Position numbers and translations under genes: made by a program | DNA from: Lytechinus pictus | Lineage: Eukaryota | Length of the DNA: 64,000 nucleotides | Reading direction: 5' to 3' | NCBI RefSeq assembly: GCF_037042905.1 | Contig: NC_087245.1 | Span: 26,476,001-26,540,000, forward strand | Shown: piece by piece, positions 1 through 11,200 of the stretch | How positions within the stretch are numbered: the first letter of the stretch is position 1 | Layout of the letters: each line of letters begins with the position of its first letter | Notes under the pieces: generated by a model | Told to the model about the DNA's origin: nothing | Seen by the model: the letters and a program-made list of their open reading frames with translations, nothing else | Database searches by the model: none

Positions 1-597
1 TTTTTATGCCCCCGCAGACAGTCTGGAGGGGGCATTAAGCGTTGCCCCTGTCCGTCCGTCCCTTCACTTGATTTCCGCGCAATAACTCGAAAAATATTTT
101 TATAGATTTTAAAGATTTTTGGTGTGTAGGTAGATGACACCAAAATACAGGCTAAGTTTGAATTCGGAGTCCGCAGGTCAAAGGTCACAGCTCATTAAAT
201 ATGCGAGTTGGTTTCCGCATGATAACTTATGAAATATTCAACAGATATTGAAAATGTTTGGGTGTGTAGGTAGATGACACCAAACTACAGGCTAAGTTCG
301 AATTCGGCGTCCGCAGGTCAAAGCGCACAGCTCATTATACACTACTCAAAAAAAGTTAAGGACCACTTTTTAAAACGTACATAAAGATTTTATACAAGGT
401 GTTTTATTTCTGGAAATACCTCAGTACAACTGTCCTAAATGTCCTTAAACACGCTGTAATCAATTTCACGCATGGGTGGTTTCAGTTGTTGCACAATGTC
501 TCTCGCATCACTGCACATCCTGAAAAGTGGGCCCCGAGGGGTATCAGCTACCGACATGAAGTGGTAAAAACGAATGTCTGAGTGTCTTTCAGGCAGT

Positions 598-1635
598 TCA
601 GTAACGAGTGTAACGAGTGTGACCACCTCCTGCAGCAATAACGGCTTCACAGCGCTGTCTCATGGAGCTGATGAGGCGATTGATGTCTCTGACGTCCAGT
701 GCATCCCATGCAGCCTCCAGAGCCACACCCAGCTGCTGCAGTCCAAGTGGATGGGCTTCGAGCTGCTCGAGACTCCTCCCCATCATGTCCCAGACGTGCT
801 CTATCGGGTTTAAGTCCGGGGACCTCGCTGGCCACTCCATACGCTCAATCCCCTGGCCCTCAAGGAACTCGGTCACCACCCTAGCTCGGTGGGCACGGGC
901 ATTGTCATCCATGAAAATGATGTTTTGTCCCACATTTTCTGCAAATGGCACCACTATAGGTTCAAGGACCTCATCCCTGTACCTCACTCCTGTCATTGCT
1001 CCCCCTGGGACCACGTAGAGACGAGTACGGTTGGCGTAGGTGATGCCTCCCCACACCATGACGCTGCCTCCCCCATAACGGTCATGTTCTGCAATACAGG
1101 GGTCTGCAAATCTCTCTCCTGGTCGCCTCCAGACTCTCGAACGTCCATCATTGTGGTCAAGGGAAAATCTGCTCTCATCTGTGAACAGAACTCTACGCCA
1201 TTGCTGTCTGGTCCATCTGACATGCTCCCGGGCCCAGTTGAGACGAATTCTTCTGTGAGCAGGGGTGAGTGGGACACACTGAGCTGGCCGTCTGGCATGC
1301 ATATTGGCTCTGTGAAGTTGGTTACAGATTGTTTGAGTGGAAACAATCACTCCAGTTGCTGCAGCGAAGTCATTGTTGAGGCGGCGTGCACTGTGAAAGC
1401 GGTTGCGGAGGCTGAGATTCGTCAAGTAGCGATCATCTCTAGGGGTTGTCGAAACTGGTCGGCCACTGCGGGGTCTCTCGGAGTATAGCCCTGTCTCTCG
1501 GTGTCTTTGATTTGCTCTGCTAATGACACTGTGTGACACGCCCATCATTCTGGCTACTCTTCGCTGACTGAGGCCAGCTTCCAGCATCCCTAGGGCTCTG
1601 GCTACATCTGTTTCACTTAGGTGGTGTCTTGGCAT
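598..1635 (-). CDS. Tc1-family transposase (DD34E), apparently intact, 345 aa
   Basis: ATG at 1635 (MPRHHLSE...). N-terminal HTH, RSGRP linker, VLFTDESRF, FMDDNARAH, WPARSPDLNPIEHVW with 34 residues between the second D and the E, GGHTRY terminus. No stops. Confidence 0.93.
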   Translation of the reverse strand: MPRHHLSETDVARALGMLEAGLSQRRVARMMGVSHSVISRANQRHRETGLYSERPRSGRPVSTTPRDDRYLTNLSLRNRFHSARRLNNDFAAATGVIVSTQTICNQLHRANMHARRPAQCVPLTPAHRRIRLNWAREHVRWTRQQWRRVLFTDESRFSLDHNDGRSRVWRRPGERFADPCIAEHDRYGGGSVMVWGGITYANRTRLYVVPGGAMTGVRYRDEVLEPIVVPFAENVGQNIIFMDDNARAHRARVVTEFLEGQGIERMEWPARSPDLNPIEHVWDMMGRSLEQLEAHPLGLQQLGVALEAAWDALDVRDINRLISSMRQRCEAVIAAGGGHTRYTRY

Positions 1636-2160
1636 TGCTGTTGTAGGCAAGTTGTTGATTGTACAGACTAAAGACGGAAAATGCTTTGGAAGACACTTGT
1701 CTTATGGCCCACTGCAATGATGCCAGAGACATCATGAAAGAACTGCATGTGTGAAATTGATGTCATTGTGTTTGATGGCATTCTGGACAGCTGTATCTTG
1801 GCATTGCTATTGTCAGCAAGTTGTTGATTGTAGAGACTAAAGACAGAAAATGCTTTGGAAGCCACTTTTGTACGGGCACATTGCAATGATGCAAGAGACA
1901 TGAAAGAACTGCATGTGTGAAATTGATTTCATTGTGTTTGATGGCATCCTGGACAGCTGTATCTTGGCATTGCTGTTGTCAGCAATTTGTTGATTGTAGA
2001 GACTAAAGACAGAAAATGCATTTGAATCCACATTTGTACCACTTCACAATGGGCCCACTTTTCAGGATATGCAATAATGCGAGAGACATCATGCAACAAC
2101 TGAAACCACCCATGTGTGAAATTGTTACAGGGTGTTTGAGGAGATTCAAGACAGCCATAT
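1628..2160 (-). repeat. Loop of the fold-back: Tc1 5' leader with ~167-bp tandem triplication and a partial diverged 5' TIR
   Basis: GGCATTGCT...TTGTTGATTGTA.AGACTAAAGAC.GAAAATGC recurs at 1631, 1800 and 1966. Segment 2051-2154 aligns with mismatches to the inner TIR at 3239-3345. Confidence 0.8.
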
Positions 2161-2164
2161 TTGG

Positions 2165-3175
2165 GTGAAACAGATGTAGCCAGAGCCCTAGGGATGCTGG
2201 AAGCTGGCCTCAGTCAGCGAAGAGTAGCCAGAATGATGGGCGTGTCACACAGTGTCATTAGCAGAGAGACACCGAGAGACAGGGCTATACTCCGAGAGAC
2301 CCCGCAGTGGCCGACCAGTTTCGACAACCCCTAGAGATGATCGCTACTTGACGAATCTCAGCCTCCGCAACCGCTTTCACAGTGCACGCCGCCTCAACAA
2401 TGACTTCGCTGCAGCAACTGGAGTGATTGTTTCCACTCAAACAATCCGTAACCGACTTCACAGAGCCAATATGCATGCCAGACGGCCAGCTCAGTGTGTC
2501 CCACTCACCCCTGCTCACAGAAGAATTCGTCTCAACTGGGCCCGGGAGCATGTCAGATGGACCAGACAGCAATGGCGTAGAGTTCTGTTCACAGATGAGA
2601 GCAGATTTTCCCTTGACCACAATGATGGACGTTCGAGAGTCTGGAGGCGACCAGGAGAGAGATTTGCAGACCCCTGTATTGCAGAACATGACCGTTATGG
2701 GGGAGGCAGCGTCATGGTGTGGGGAGGCATCACCTACGCCAACTGTACTCGTCTCTACGTGGTCCCAGGGGGAGCAATGACAGGAGTGTAGTACAGGGAT
2801 GAGGTCCTTGAACCTATAGTGGTGCCATTTGCAGAAAATGTGGGACAAAACATCATTTTCATGGATGACAATGCCCGTGCCCACCGAGCTAGGGTGGTGA
2901 CCGAGTTCCTTGAGGGCCAGGGGATTGAGCGTATGGAGTGGCCAGCGAGGTCCCCGGACTTAAACCCGATAGAGCACGTCTGGGACATGATGGGGAGGAG
3001 TCTCGAGCAGCTCGAAGCCCATCCACTTGGACTGCAGCAGCTGGGTGTGGCTCTGGAGGCTGCATGGGATGCACTGGACGTCAGAGACATCAATCGCCTC
3101 ATCAGCTCCATGAGACAGCGCTGTGAAGCCGTTATTGCTGCAGGAGGTGGTCACACTCGTTACACTCGTTACTGA
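2165..3175 (+). pseudogene. Inactivated inverted copy of the same Tc1 transposase
   Basis: Starts within codon 7 (no ATG). 8-bp deletion (CAAATCAA) near 2266 causes a frameshift, and AGG->TAG gives a premature stop at 2789-2791. Otherwise near-identical to the left copy. Confidence 0.92.
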
Positions 3176-4282
3176 ACTGCCTGAAAGACACTCAGACATT
3201 CATTTTTACCACTTCATGTCGGTAGCTGATACCCCTCGGGGCCCACTTTTCAGGATGTGCAGTGATGCGAAAGACATTGTGCAACAACTGAAACCACCCA
3301 TGCGTGAAATTGATTACAGCGTGTTTAAGGACATTTAGGACAGTTGTACTGAGGTATTTCCAGAAATAAAACACCTTGTATAAAATCTTTATGTACGTTT
3401 TAAAAAGTGGTCCTTAACTTTTTTTGAGTAGTGTATATGCGAGTTGGTTTCTGCATGATAACTTGAGGAATAATCAATAGAATTCAAAGAATTCTTGTGT
3501 GTAGGTAGATGACAGCAAAATACAGGCTAAGTTCGATTGCAAAGTCCGCAGGTCAAAGGTCACAGCTCATTATATACATGTATGCAAGTTAGTTTCTGAA
3601 TATAGTAACTTAGGGGATAATCAACAGATTAACGAAATTATTGGTGTGCGAAGTTTTCTACACGATATTAAGTTCAATCATATTAAATGAATTTTTGATC
3701 GCGTTAAGCGGGGGCATCTGTGTCCTTTTGACACGTCAAATTTCTAGTTTAATTGTTTTTTTACATAAGCACATAAAAAAGATTGGACACATTGATTGCC
3801 AACTTCACGTAACGCTTTGCATCGATTTATGTGTAAAATAATTTTAGTGCCTAGTCTTTCCCTTGTAGTGTCTTTGATATGAACATAAATCGCCCTCTTT
3901 AGACGAAAAATTTGAAAAAAGGCGAGTCAGCTCAATTGTCCTGTCCATTGTTCGTCAACGAGAAGAAAAATCAGAGCTTAAATGTATGTATTTGAGGAAT
4001 ATTAGCGGAAATTTGATTCATATCGTTCGGTAATGTTCATAGAATAATGTTATTCTATTTAAAATCTAAAAGCTACAATATGTATTTTTAAATCTGCAAG
4101 TGTTGCATGCGCCGTGCCTGCGCTTTTCTGTGCACGACGGCATGTAATGCACCCATGGGTGGCTCATGTCTGATGTCGCCATCTCCAAGCATAAATTGTA
4201 GTTCTTCCTTCACATCTTGCTTCTCCTTGGCAATAGTTCTTTCAAGCATATCTTTATTTTTTTTCCTGATTTTTCATTTTAG

Positions 4283-4395
4283 GCAATTTCTAAGTTACAT
4301 TGGAAACAGCAAAGTGAGGAATACAAATCAGAAATGCATTTTGAAGACCAACATAAAGCATGACGGAACTGCTCCTGCAGTTCACATTAATTATG
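4283..4395 (+). CDS. MRPL53: Mitochondrial ribosomal protein L53, internal coding exon
   Basis: ttttag|G...TAT G|gtatg. (R)QFLSYIGNSKVRNTNQKCILKTNIKHDGTAPAVHINY matches the recalled MRPL53 motif RTFL..VSSEKVRSTNLNC.V..DVRHDGSEP.VDV.F. Confidence 0.88.
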
Positions 4396-4849
4396 GTATG
4401 TTTGAGTACATGTATGTATCACAATTACAACTCTTTAAAAAAATGTTTTTTCAAAGTTTTCAAGTCTGGGAATACTATTTCAGTATTACTCTGATTGAAT
4501 TAGCTCACCATAAAATGGAAATGAAATATCACTTTGTAAACCTATTTCAATGTTTGACCTGCAGTTACTAGTGAATGATATTTAACATGTTCCAGCTCCT
4601 GAATCAAGAAATCTTAATTTCTCTATTTACTATAGGTTGTTACTTCTCAATCATACAAACTCATTTACATCATGATACCACCCCACTGAAAACTCAATCA
4701 GTTATAAATTAAACATCTAAAAATATTCCTGAAACTCTGTGAAGTTCATCATAAAAAAGTCAGATTATAAATGCAAGAGAAGATTGTAGGAATCATCAAC
4801 ATTTTGCACTTGTCTTAAGTATCAGACTACTGCTGCTAAAAGCTTTGGG

Positions 4850-5480
4850 GTATCAAGGTCAAGGGTAATAAGTCACAGTGTTAGAGTAAAAATGTTGTCA
4901 CGATAAATGAAGAACAGTTTTAATCAACTTCGAAGCTTGGCTCATGTATGCTAGAGTGAAAGAAAATCTTTGGTGGTCATGAAGTCAAAAGGGTACAGAC
5001 GTCATATGAAATTTATTTTCTCTAGTGATAGATAACAAAAAATAAAAATTAGTTGATTATTCAACATTGTCATTTGATATGGGGGTAACAATTGAATATT
5101 CTGATGAGATTTTGGTTTAATAATAAGTTAAAATTCAAAGATCACAGAGGTCATTACCTATTAAAATTACTTGTTTTCATGATAAACTGAGGAACCGTTT
5201 GATGGATCAAATTCAAACTTGGTTCAACTGTTTTTTTGGGAATGACAATGATCTGATGTGATTTTGAGGTCATAAGGTCAAAAGTCATAGAGATCATGAC
5301 TCTACACATTATCTTTTAGATCCAACAAATCAGAATAATACTTGGCTCATGCATGTGTATTGGAGTGATTAGATTCTGACGGTTTTGAAATTGTAGCGAT
5401 GTTTGTTCTTAGATCTGGCAATGTTGAAAGCATCAATTTAAGACTGCATGCAGTTGACAAGCTATCCACTTATTTTAGTT
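4850..5480 (+). mobile_element. Degraded HINE-like tandem-repeat element in MRPL53 intron 2
   Basis: Degenerate ~145-bp periodic motifs (AAGGTCAAA.GTCA, AAACTTGG.TCA, TGATAA) resembling the repeat unit at 100-330. Confidence 0.4.
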
Positions 5481-5606
5481 GCTTCTACACAGAGCGATCC
5501 CATAAGTTCACTTGCCCTGTTAGGTCTTATAAATATCTGAAATTATAAACGTACATTCCTTCTTTTTTTTTACATAAAAATATTTTGCATTATTTTGATT
5601 TAACAG

Positions 5607-5719
5607 CTGATGGCCAGAATCTTCTCTTCAAGACCTCTCACCTGTCATTGTCTGAAATGGTCCAGAAATTTGCCGAATTGAATGAGATTAGGCTGAATAA
5701 AGAAACGTCAGAAAGCTAA
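5607..5719 (+). CDS. MRPL53: Mitochondrial ribosomal protein L53, last coding exon
   Basis: taacag|CT GAT GGC, phase-compatible with the previous exon. (A)DGQNLLFKTSHLSLSEMVQKFAELNEIRLNKETSES* matches the recalled DGHRLIMRGAHLTALEML motif. Confidence 0.85.
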
Positions 5720-8104
5720 CAGGATGAACACTTCACACGAGCACTGATAAGTGATAAGGATACAAGGTTTAAGTTGTGTGAAGTCTGCTTTTTATTCACT
5801 TCAGTAAGAAAAGAATGATTCCAATTCCATACACTGATGTGAATTTGGGAGTTGGGATATACAAGGAGTGAGATCTCTCTTGGAGATTACGTGTATTAAG
5901 TGTGAAGTGACATATTTGTGTGATTACAATTTAGCAAAAAGACAGGAAGTGTGCCAACCCATTGTGCTAAACATGGATATTCTTCTCCAGTAAGAGTTAT
6001 ATGATCCAATCTAATTGTCTTCCTGCTTGTAAGTCATAGAAATATCTAAAGCAAATCAGGAGTGATGCAGTTTGCATCAAGTAACAAGTACCACAAATTG
6101 ATTCATGGCAATTCTTTGCAGACTTCCTGCCCAAAAGATGTCAAAATTTTATGAAATGTGATTTGCATTTGAAATTTCAGTGAGAGATCCATGTTCATGA
6201 TTGAATGAAAAGTGTTGCTCTTTAGATTGCTGACTAGCCTCTTCACCAGTCGTGTAATACTATGAATTCTACATGTACAATTGAGAGTCATGTCGCCCAA
6301 TATACATTCAATACCTTCTAATAGCTGTATACAGCTTTCAGCAAACTTCTGAAATGTATTTGTAGGAAAAAGGTGTGAGTGTTATTGCTTCCAAAGAGTT
6401 TCATCTTTGTGAGCAGTGGTCAAGCAAAACTGTACATTTTCCAATCAGAGTGTAGTCTTAACGTAAATGTACTGGTTTTTTTTACTACATGTACATGTAC
6501 ATAATTGGATCGTGTGGCATATATTGTGGCATGTCAATCTTAAATGCCAAGGGAATATAAAGGGTAAACCAGTAGAAAAAGTAGAGAAAATAAAAATCAT
6601 GAGAAATCAGTGTTTGCAATTTATGCAATATTAAAAAGATGATATAAACACATATGTATGTTATGTTTTTGTATTCATTTTTAGAAAGTCTCATACAGTT
6701 TATACAGCATTCCAATATTAATGGAGAATATATTTGCACTCTGAACTGTTTTGCTGATAATAATCATGATATGTGCATACTAATTCTCAATTGTAATCGT
6801 GTGTTTGCTGTAAATAGTGTACATTGTATCAAAAGATAATTCAATGAACTCCTTGAGATCGGTTTGATTGGATTGAACAGGAAAACCAAGAAACAGATCC
6901 AATTATAATTTGATAAATCTTTTACACAATGAGAAATTTATCAGCATTTAATGCCATGGAGATTCTCCCAGTGGCAATGCAACCAAGATACGTGAGTCAC
7001 ACACATGAAAACTTCCCAATTACTTAAATCATAAATATTTTACTTAATATTATCTCAAATTAGAATACAAAATAGAAATTCATAAATAAAAAATTATAAA
7101 GCAAATTGCAACAAATAATATCCAACTATACAGAGCAAATCCCAGTTGTTTTGGTCCCTTAAAACCCCCAAACATGAAATTACTACAGTCACCTTGCTCC
7201 TGTCTGACAACCATGGGTGTCAATCGGTGTTCATGGGGGGGGGGGGGGGATGACCAACACAAAATTTGCTCATTGTGGGTGATCTAATCTAATTTTGTGA
7301 TATATTTTGACATAATATATATGAAAATGAAATATATATAAATTTCACCCTTTTTCTTTTCATTTTATTTCTTTTCTCCTTTCTTGGTAGTGAAACTTTT
7401 TTTTTTTTTTTTTTTGGGGGGGGGGCGGGGGTCCGTAAGACTGAAGTTATAAGTATGTTACTTTTTTCCTACAAGAATAGGTACTACATACATGTACAAT
7501 GTAAATGCAGGAGCTAGATCAAAATATGCGAGCATGAAGTGCGAGCTGAATTTTTTCAAAAAAAATTACCTGAAAATGAGTCATTTTGATAATAGCAAAA
7601 TTGATTCGTCATTCAAAAGGGTATTCAAATAAACAGGGCACACCCCATGCGCTAGGTTGCAGGAAGGGGTAAATTCTAATAAAGTTAAAAATTAACAGGT
7701 TCTATTTTATCCTGGAATTTTTGCTTTCTCCATCCATCTCATTCAAACTTTTTTTAGAGGAATGATTTCTCTCAATAACAATAAACAAGAGAATTCTGAA
7801 AAAAATTATGTTCATGTGCATGTGACAATCAATACTATCATCATCATGATCATAATAATCTTAATCTCTCCTTATCATTATCATACTTGACATATGCTTC
7901 ATCATAAATGTTGTGATGTTCTACCGTAAATTAATAGGGGGAGATGATAAAAAGGCAACCCCTCCACCTGCAAAATTAGGAGGGATATATCCTTGACTTT
8001 CCTTGGATTTTGATCGGCTGAAAAGCACATATGTCTTACTGTTACTATGTTGAAACTGTCGGATAAAACATCCTATCAGTCCTTTCATTAAACAGTCCAC
8101 AGAT

Positions 8105-8298
8105 CTAATTACTAATGTGTGTCATGATAAATTGGGCGTACTCGACAAGACCTTCAAAGGTCTCTTTCCCGGTCGGGATGATCTGATCAGCAGGGAGTAG
8201 GAATCCATACTCTCCCATGTCACGAAGCTCAAGCGTAGCAGAATAAAGGATATCAGCGTTGTCATACGTCCAATCTACAGAGCTGCCGGAGGCTTCGT
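8105..8298 (-). CDS. Carboxypeptidase exon 11 (last)
   Basis: tgcag|AC GAA; (Y)[50 protein letters not shown]...SN*. Confidence 0.92.
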
Positions 8299-11200
8299 CT
8301 GCATTATAATAAAAATGAAGAAACAAATGGTTGGCCTATTATATATATTATTGAATAGTTTCAAATAAGGATACATCTTTGAAACATGATTATGTGAGTA
8401 TGAAACTGCCAGAGAGTCACAAAATTGGTAGGCCTAAATGTTGACTTCTAGCTTGCGATTCTTACCATGTCAAATATTCTGATGAAAAGTTGTTTTCAAG
8501 TGGCAACCCTTTTTGATGAAGATCTGGTGAAAAATTATTCTGCTCTGAAATATTTGTCAGGGCACATTGAGTTTTAAAGGTTGGCATTGTATGAACCATG
8601 CAATCAGATGCGTCCCAAAATAACACCCAATGCTAATAATAGATCCTAAACTTTTTTGATTGGCTATGGTAGCCTTGCCTGTACTAAAGAAATAAACTTA
8701 GTCTATACTGAAAAAAAGGTAGACTGCCCATTGTCCTTCACTAATTCAAGTTTATTTTACTAATACAAAATATCAAGAGAACAAAATGAATACGAAGTGA
8801 AAGAGGTAAAAATATGGTGCAATCAAAATTTGTGTAGTTAGTGGATGTGACATCACTCAATGACTCAAATAACTTTGTCAAGTATATATATATATTTTTT
8901 TAAAGTATATTTCTGTTTATTCAAGTCAAAGAAAACAATAAGAGGTCAATAAACTCCATTGGCTTTCTGTTACACGAGTCCTCCATGCTTAAAATGATGA
9001 CTTCTATATAGTAAAACTAAATGAGTGATGTGCTAAGAATGTCATCAAAATCAAATAAAAAAATGAAGTTATCGATATTTGAAGCTCAGCAATATTTTGT
9101 GAAAGCAGCTAAATGGGTATCTGGGCTGCAAATAATTATACCTCATTAAAGTTAATTTACAAAGCAAAATGCTGAAAGTTTCATCAAAATTTGACAAAAA
9201 TAACTGGGTTATTGGTATTTTGTAAAAATAGTTAATTTATCATGCATTAGGTGAGCCTAATCATTGCATATTTTCATTGAATGTATGTATAACATGTTTC
9301 TATGGCAATAATGATCTTATCAATCAAGTCAGTAGTCAATCCTATTTCTACATCCTTGTATGATAAAATATAGATAAAAATGATTTCATACAATAAAATT
9401 CTAAAGAATAAATATGGAGATGCCATCATCAATTCCTCAATTGCATATTAACAAAAAATATGGGAAGAACTGTTTCACCAAAATAATAATGCAAAACTCT
9501 AAAATGTCATTTTTCATGCCTTGTCAAATTTTAATGAAATTGTATTCTTTCATTTTGATTTAATATTATCTGTTCAAATCACATTGTTAGCCTAAGCTTG
9601 AAGTATACCCCTTTATAGGGGAATCCAACCAAAATGAAAACTTGATTTTAGAGGAAAGAGAAAAAAAAAAGACAAATGGATAGGTGAAATTTTGAAAAAT
9701 ATTTGACAAAGAATATGAAAGTTATGAATTTTTAAAAGTTGTAAATATTGGTAATCACTATTCCCATGGAGACTTCAAATTGGCCGCATAGTGATGTAAG
9801 GCATGGACAACTCGTCCATGTACTCCAATACATAAAATGGCTAAAATGTCATTTTCTCAAAAGTTTTACTTCAAATTAAATTTTTCTTTCATGAGGACAC
9901 AAAATAATATACTACCTGAGTTATATTTAGATTACTGCCCCAGGGGAATGGGTACTAATAGGAAAACAACCACAAAACCCTGATAATTTAGTACATGGCC
10001 TATGAGAAAGTTGTCCTTGCCTCTTGTCATAATTTACTTACCCAGTTGCCAATTTGAAATCTACATAGTCTTAGGGATCTCAATTTTAAAGCAGCCATAA
10101 CTTTCTTATTGCTTGTCTGATTTCTTCAAACTTTCACCATTTTGTTTTATTTATTTTTCTCCTTTTCAATACAACATTTTATTACCAAGGCTGGATTTTT
10201 AAATATGACCGTCTTACACAGTGTGTTAGCTATGCTTCCATACTCATATACTGTTCCAAACACTCCGCTGAGGGCCCGAACGCTTAGCTTGCTCTGTGTA
10301 TTCTGCAAGAGAGAATTAGATGATAGTGGTTCTGAAATTTTCAAACCACCTGACGTTTTTTGTTGTATTTTTCTATACAAATATATTTGAATTATTCTTA
10401 TTGTTTTTATTATTATAATCATCATTCATCATCATTATTATTGTTATTATTATTGTTGTTGTTAATATAATTATTATAGTTATTGTTGTTATCATCATCG
10501 TCATCTCATCATCATTATTATTATTGAAACAAACAAAAAACGGAATAAACTGAATCTGTCCAAATTGATTTTTTGGACTACATGAATCTGTTCAACTTTG
10601 ACGAAATAAGATTTAGATCATGCACTTAACTCATGACTGCAGCAAATCACATTGAATGTTTTCAGTAACTTTTAACTGTTATTAGCGAACTTGCATAACT
10701 ATAATATGTCTGCATTAAATGCATATTGACCATCATCACCATCTCCTTACAATCGCCGGCTAACCTGTTTAATATAGTCACTTGGAAATGATGTGCTGTA
10801 TCCGTATGGAGTCATCCATAATTGAGAGTAACTATGGATATCGATAAAGCCAATGAAATTGATGCCAGAAGTAAGGAAAGTTGAGACCGCCTTGACTTCA
10901 ACCTCAGAAAATGGACCAGATCCACAATACGTTTCACTGCATGGATTCTTGCTTGCCCCTGCCTCTGCGATTCAAGATATAAACACAGATTCAATGTCCA
11001 TCTTTAAAGGGAGCAATCACTGGATAAGATACAGTTATAAAACCAAATAAAAAAATTGATGATTTTAGTAAATTATGGATCCACATGCACCCATAGGAAA
11101 TCTGCTGATTTTATAACTTTATGGTAGTTCACATGGATTTTTTTTTCATATCATTTTTAAAGACAGCAAAATTGAAAGAAAGAAAACCTGTAGAAAGTCC

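Larger units (their letters stand above)
340..3433. mobile_element. Fold-back (inverted-duplication) Tc1/mariner DD34E element with TA TSD
   Basis: Ends CACTACTCAAAAAAAGTTAAGG / CCTTAACTTTTTTTGAGTAGTG, flanked by TA at 338-339 and 3434-3435. Arm 340-1616 is the reverse complement of arm 2165-3433. Removing the element restores CTCATTATATATGCGAG, matching the neighbouring host repeat unit CTCATTAAATATGCGAG (191-207). Confidence 0.95.
1..3750 (+). mobile_element. Helentron-associated non-autonomous element (HINE/DINE-1-like), interrupted by the Tc1 fold-back insertion
   Basis: 5' T-run, then subTIR ATGCCCCCGC (6-15) with a nearby inverted copy GGGGGCAT (28-35). GTCC microsatellite at ~49-62. 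~141-bp tandem units (GTGTGTAGGTAGATGAC at 122, 263, ~3497). 3' subTIR GCGGGGGCAT (3708-3717), short hairpin TGTGTC-ctttt-GACAC (3719-3734), CTAG+TTT end (3744-3750). Confidence 0.8.

Noticed and set aside
399..3374. Many mirrored 60-199-aa ORFs on both strands
   Set aside because: Shadow frames of the transposase and TIR, duplicated by the palindrome; no independent coding signal.
3750..4282. Searched for MRPL53 exon 1; noticed an imperfect GC hairpin at ~4105-4146
   Set aside because: No FCPF-like N-terminal motif with a phase-2 donor found; the hairpin is short and imperfect with no assignable function.
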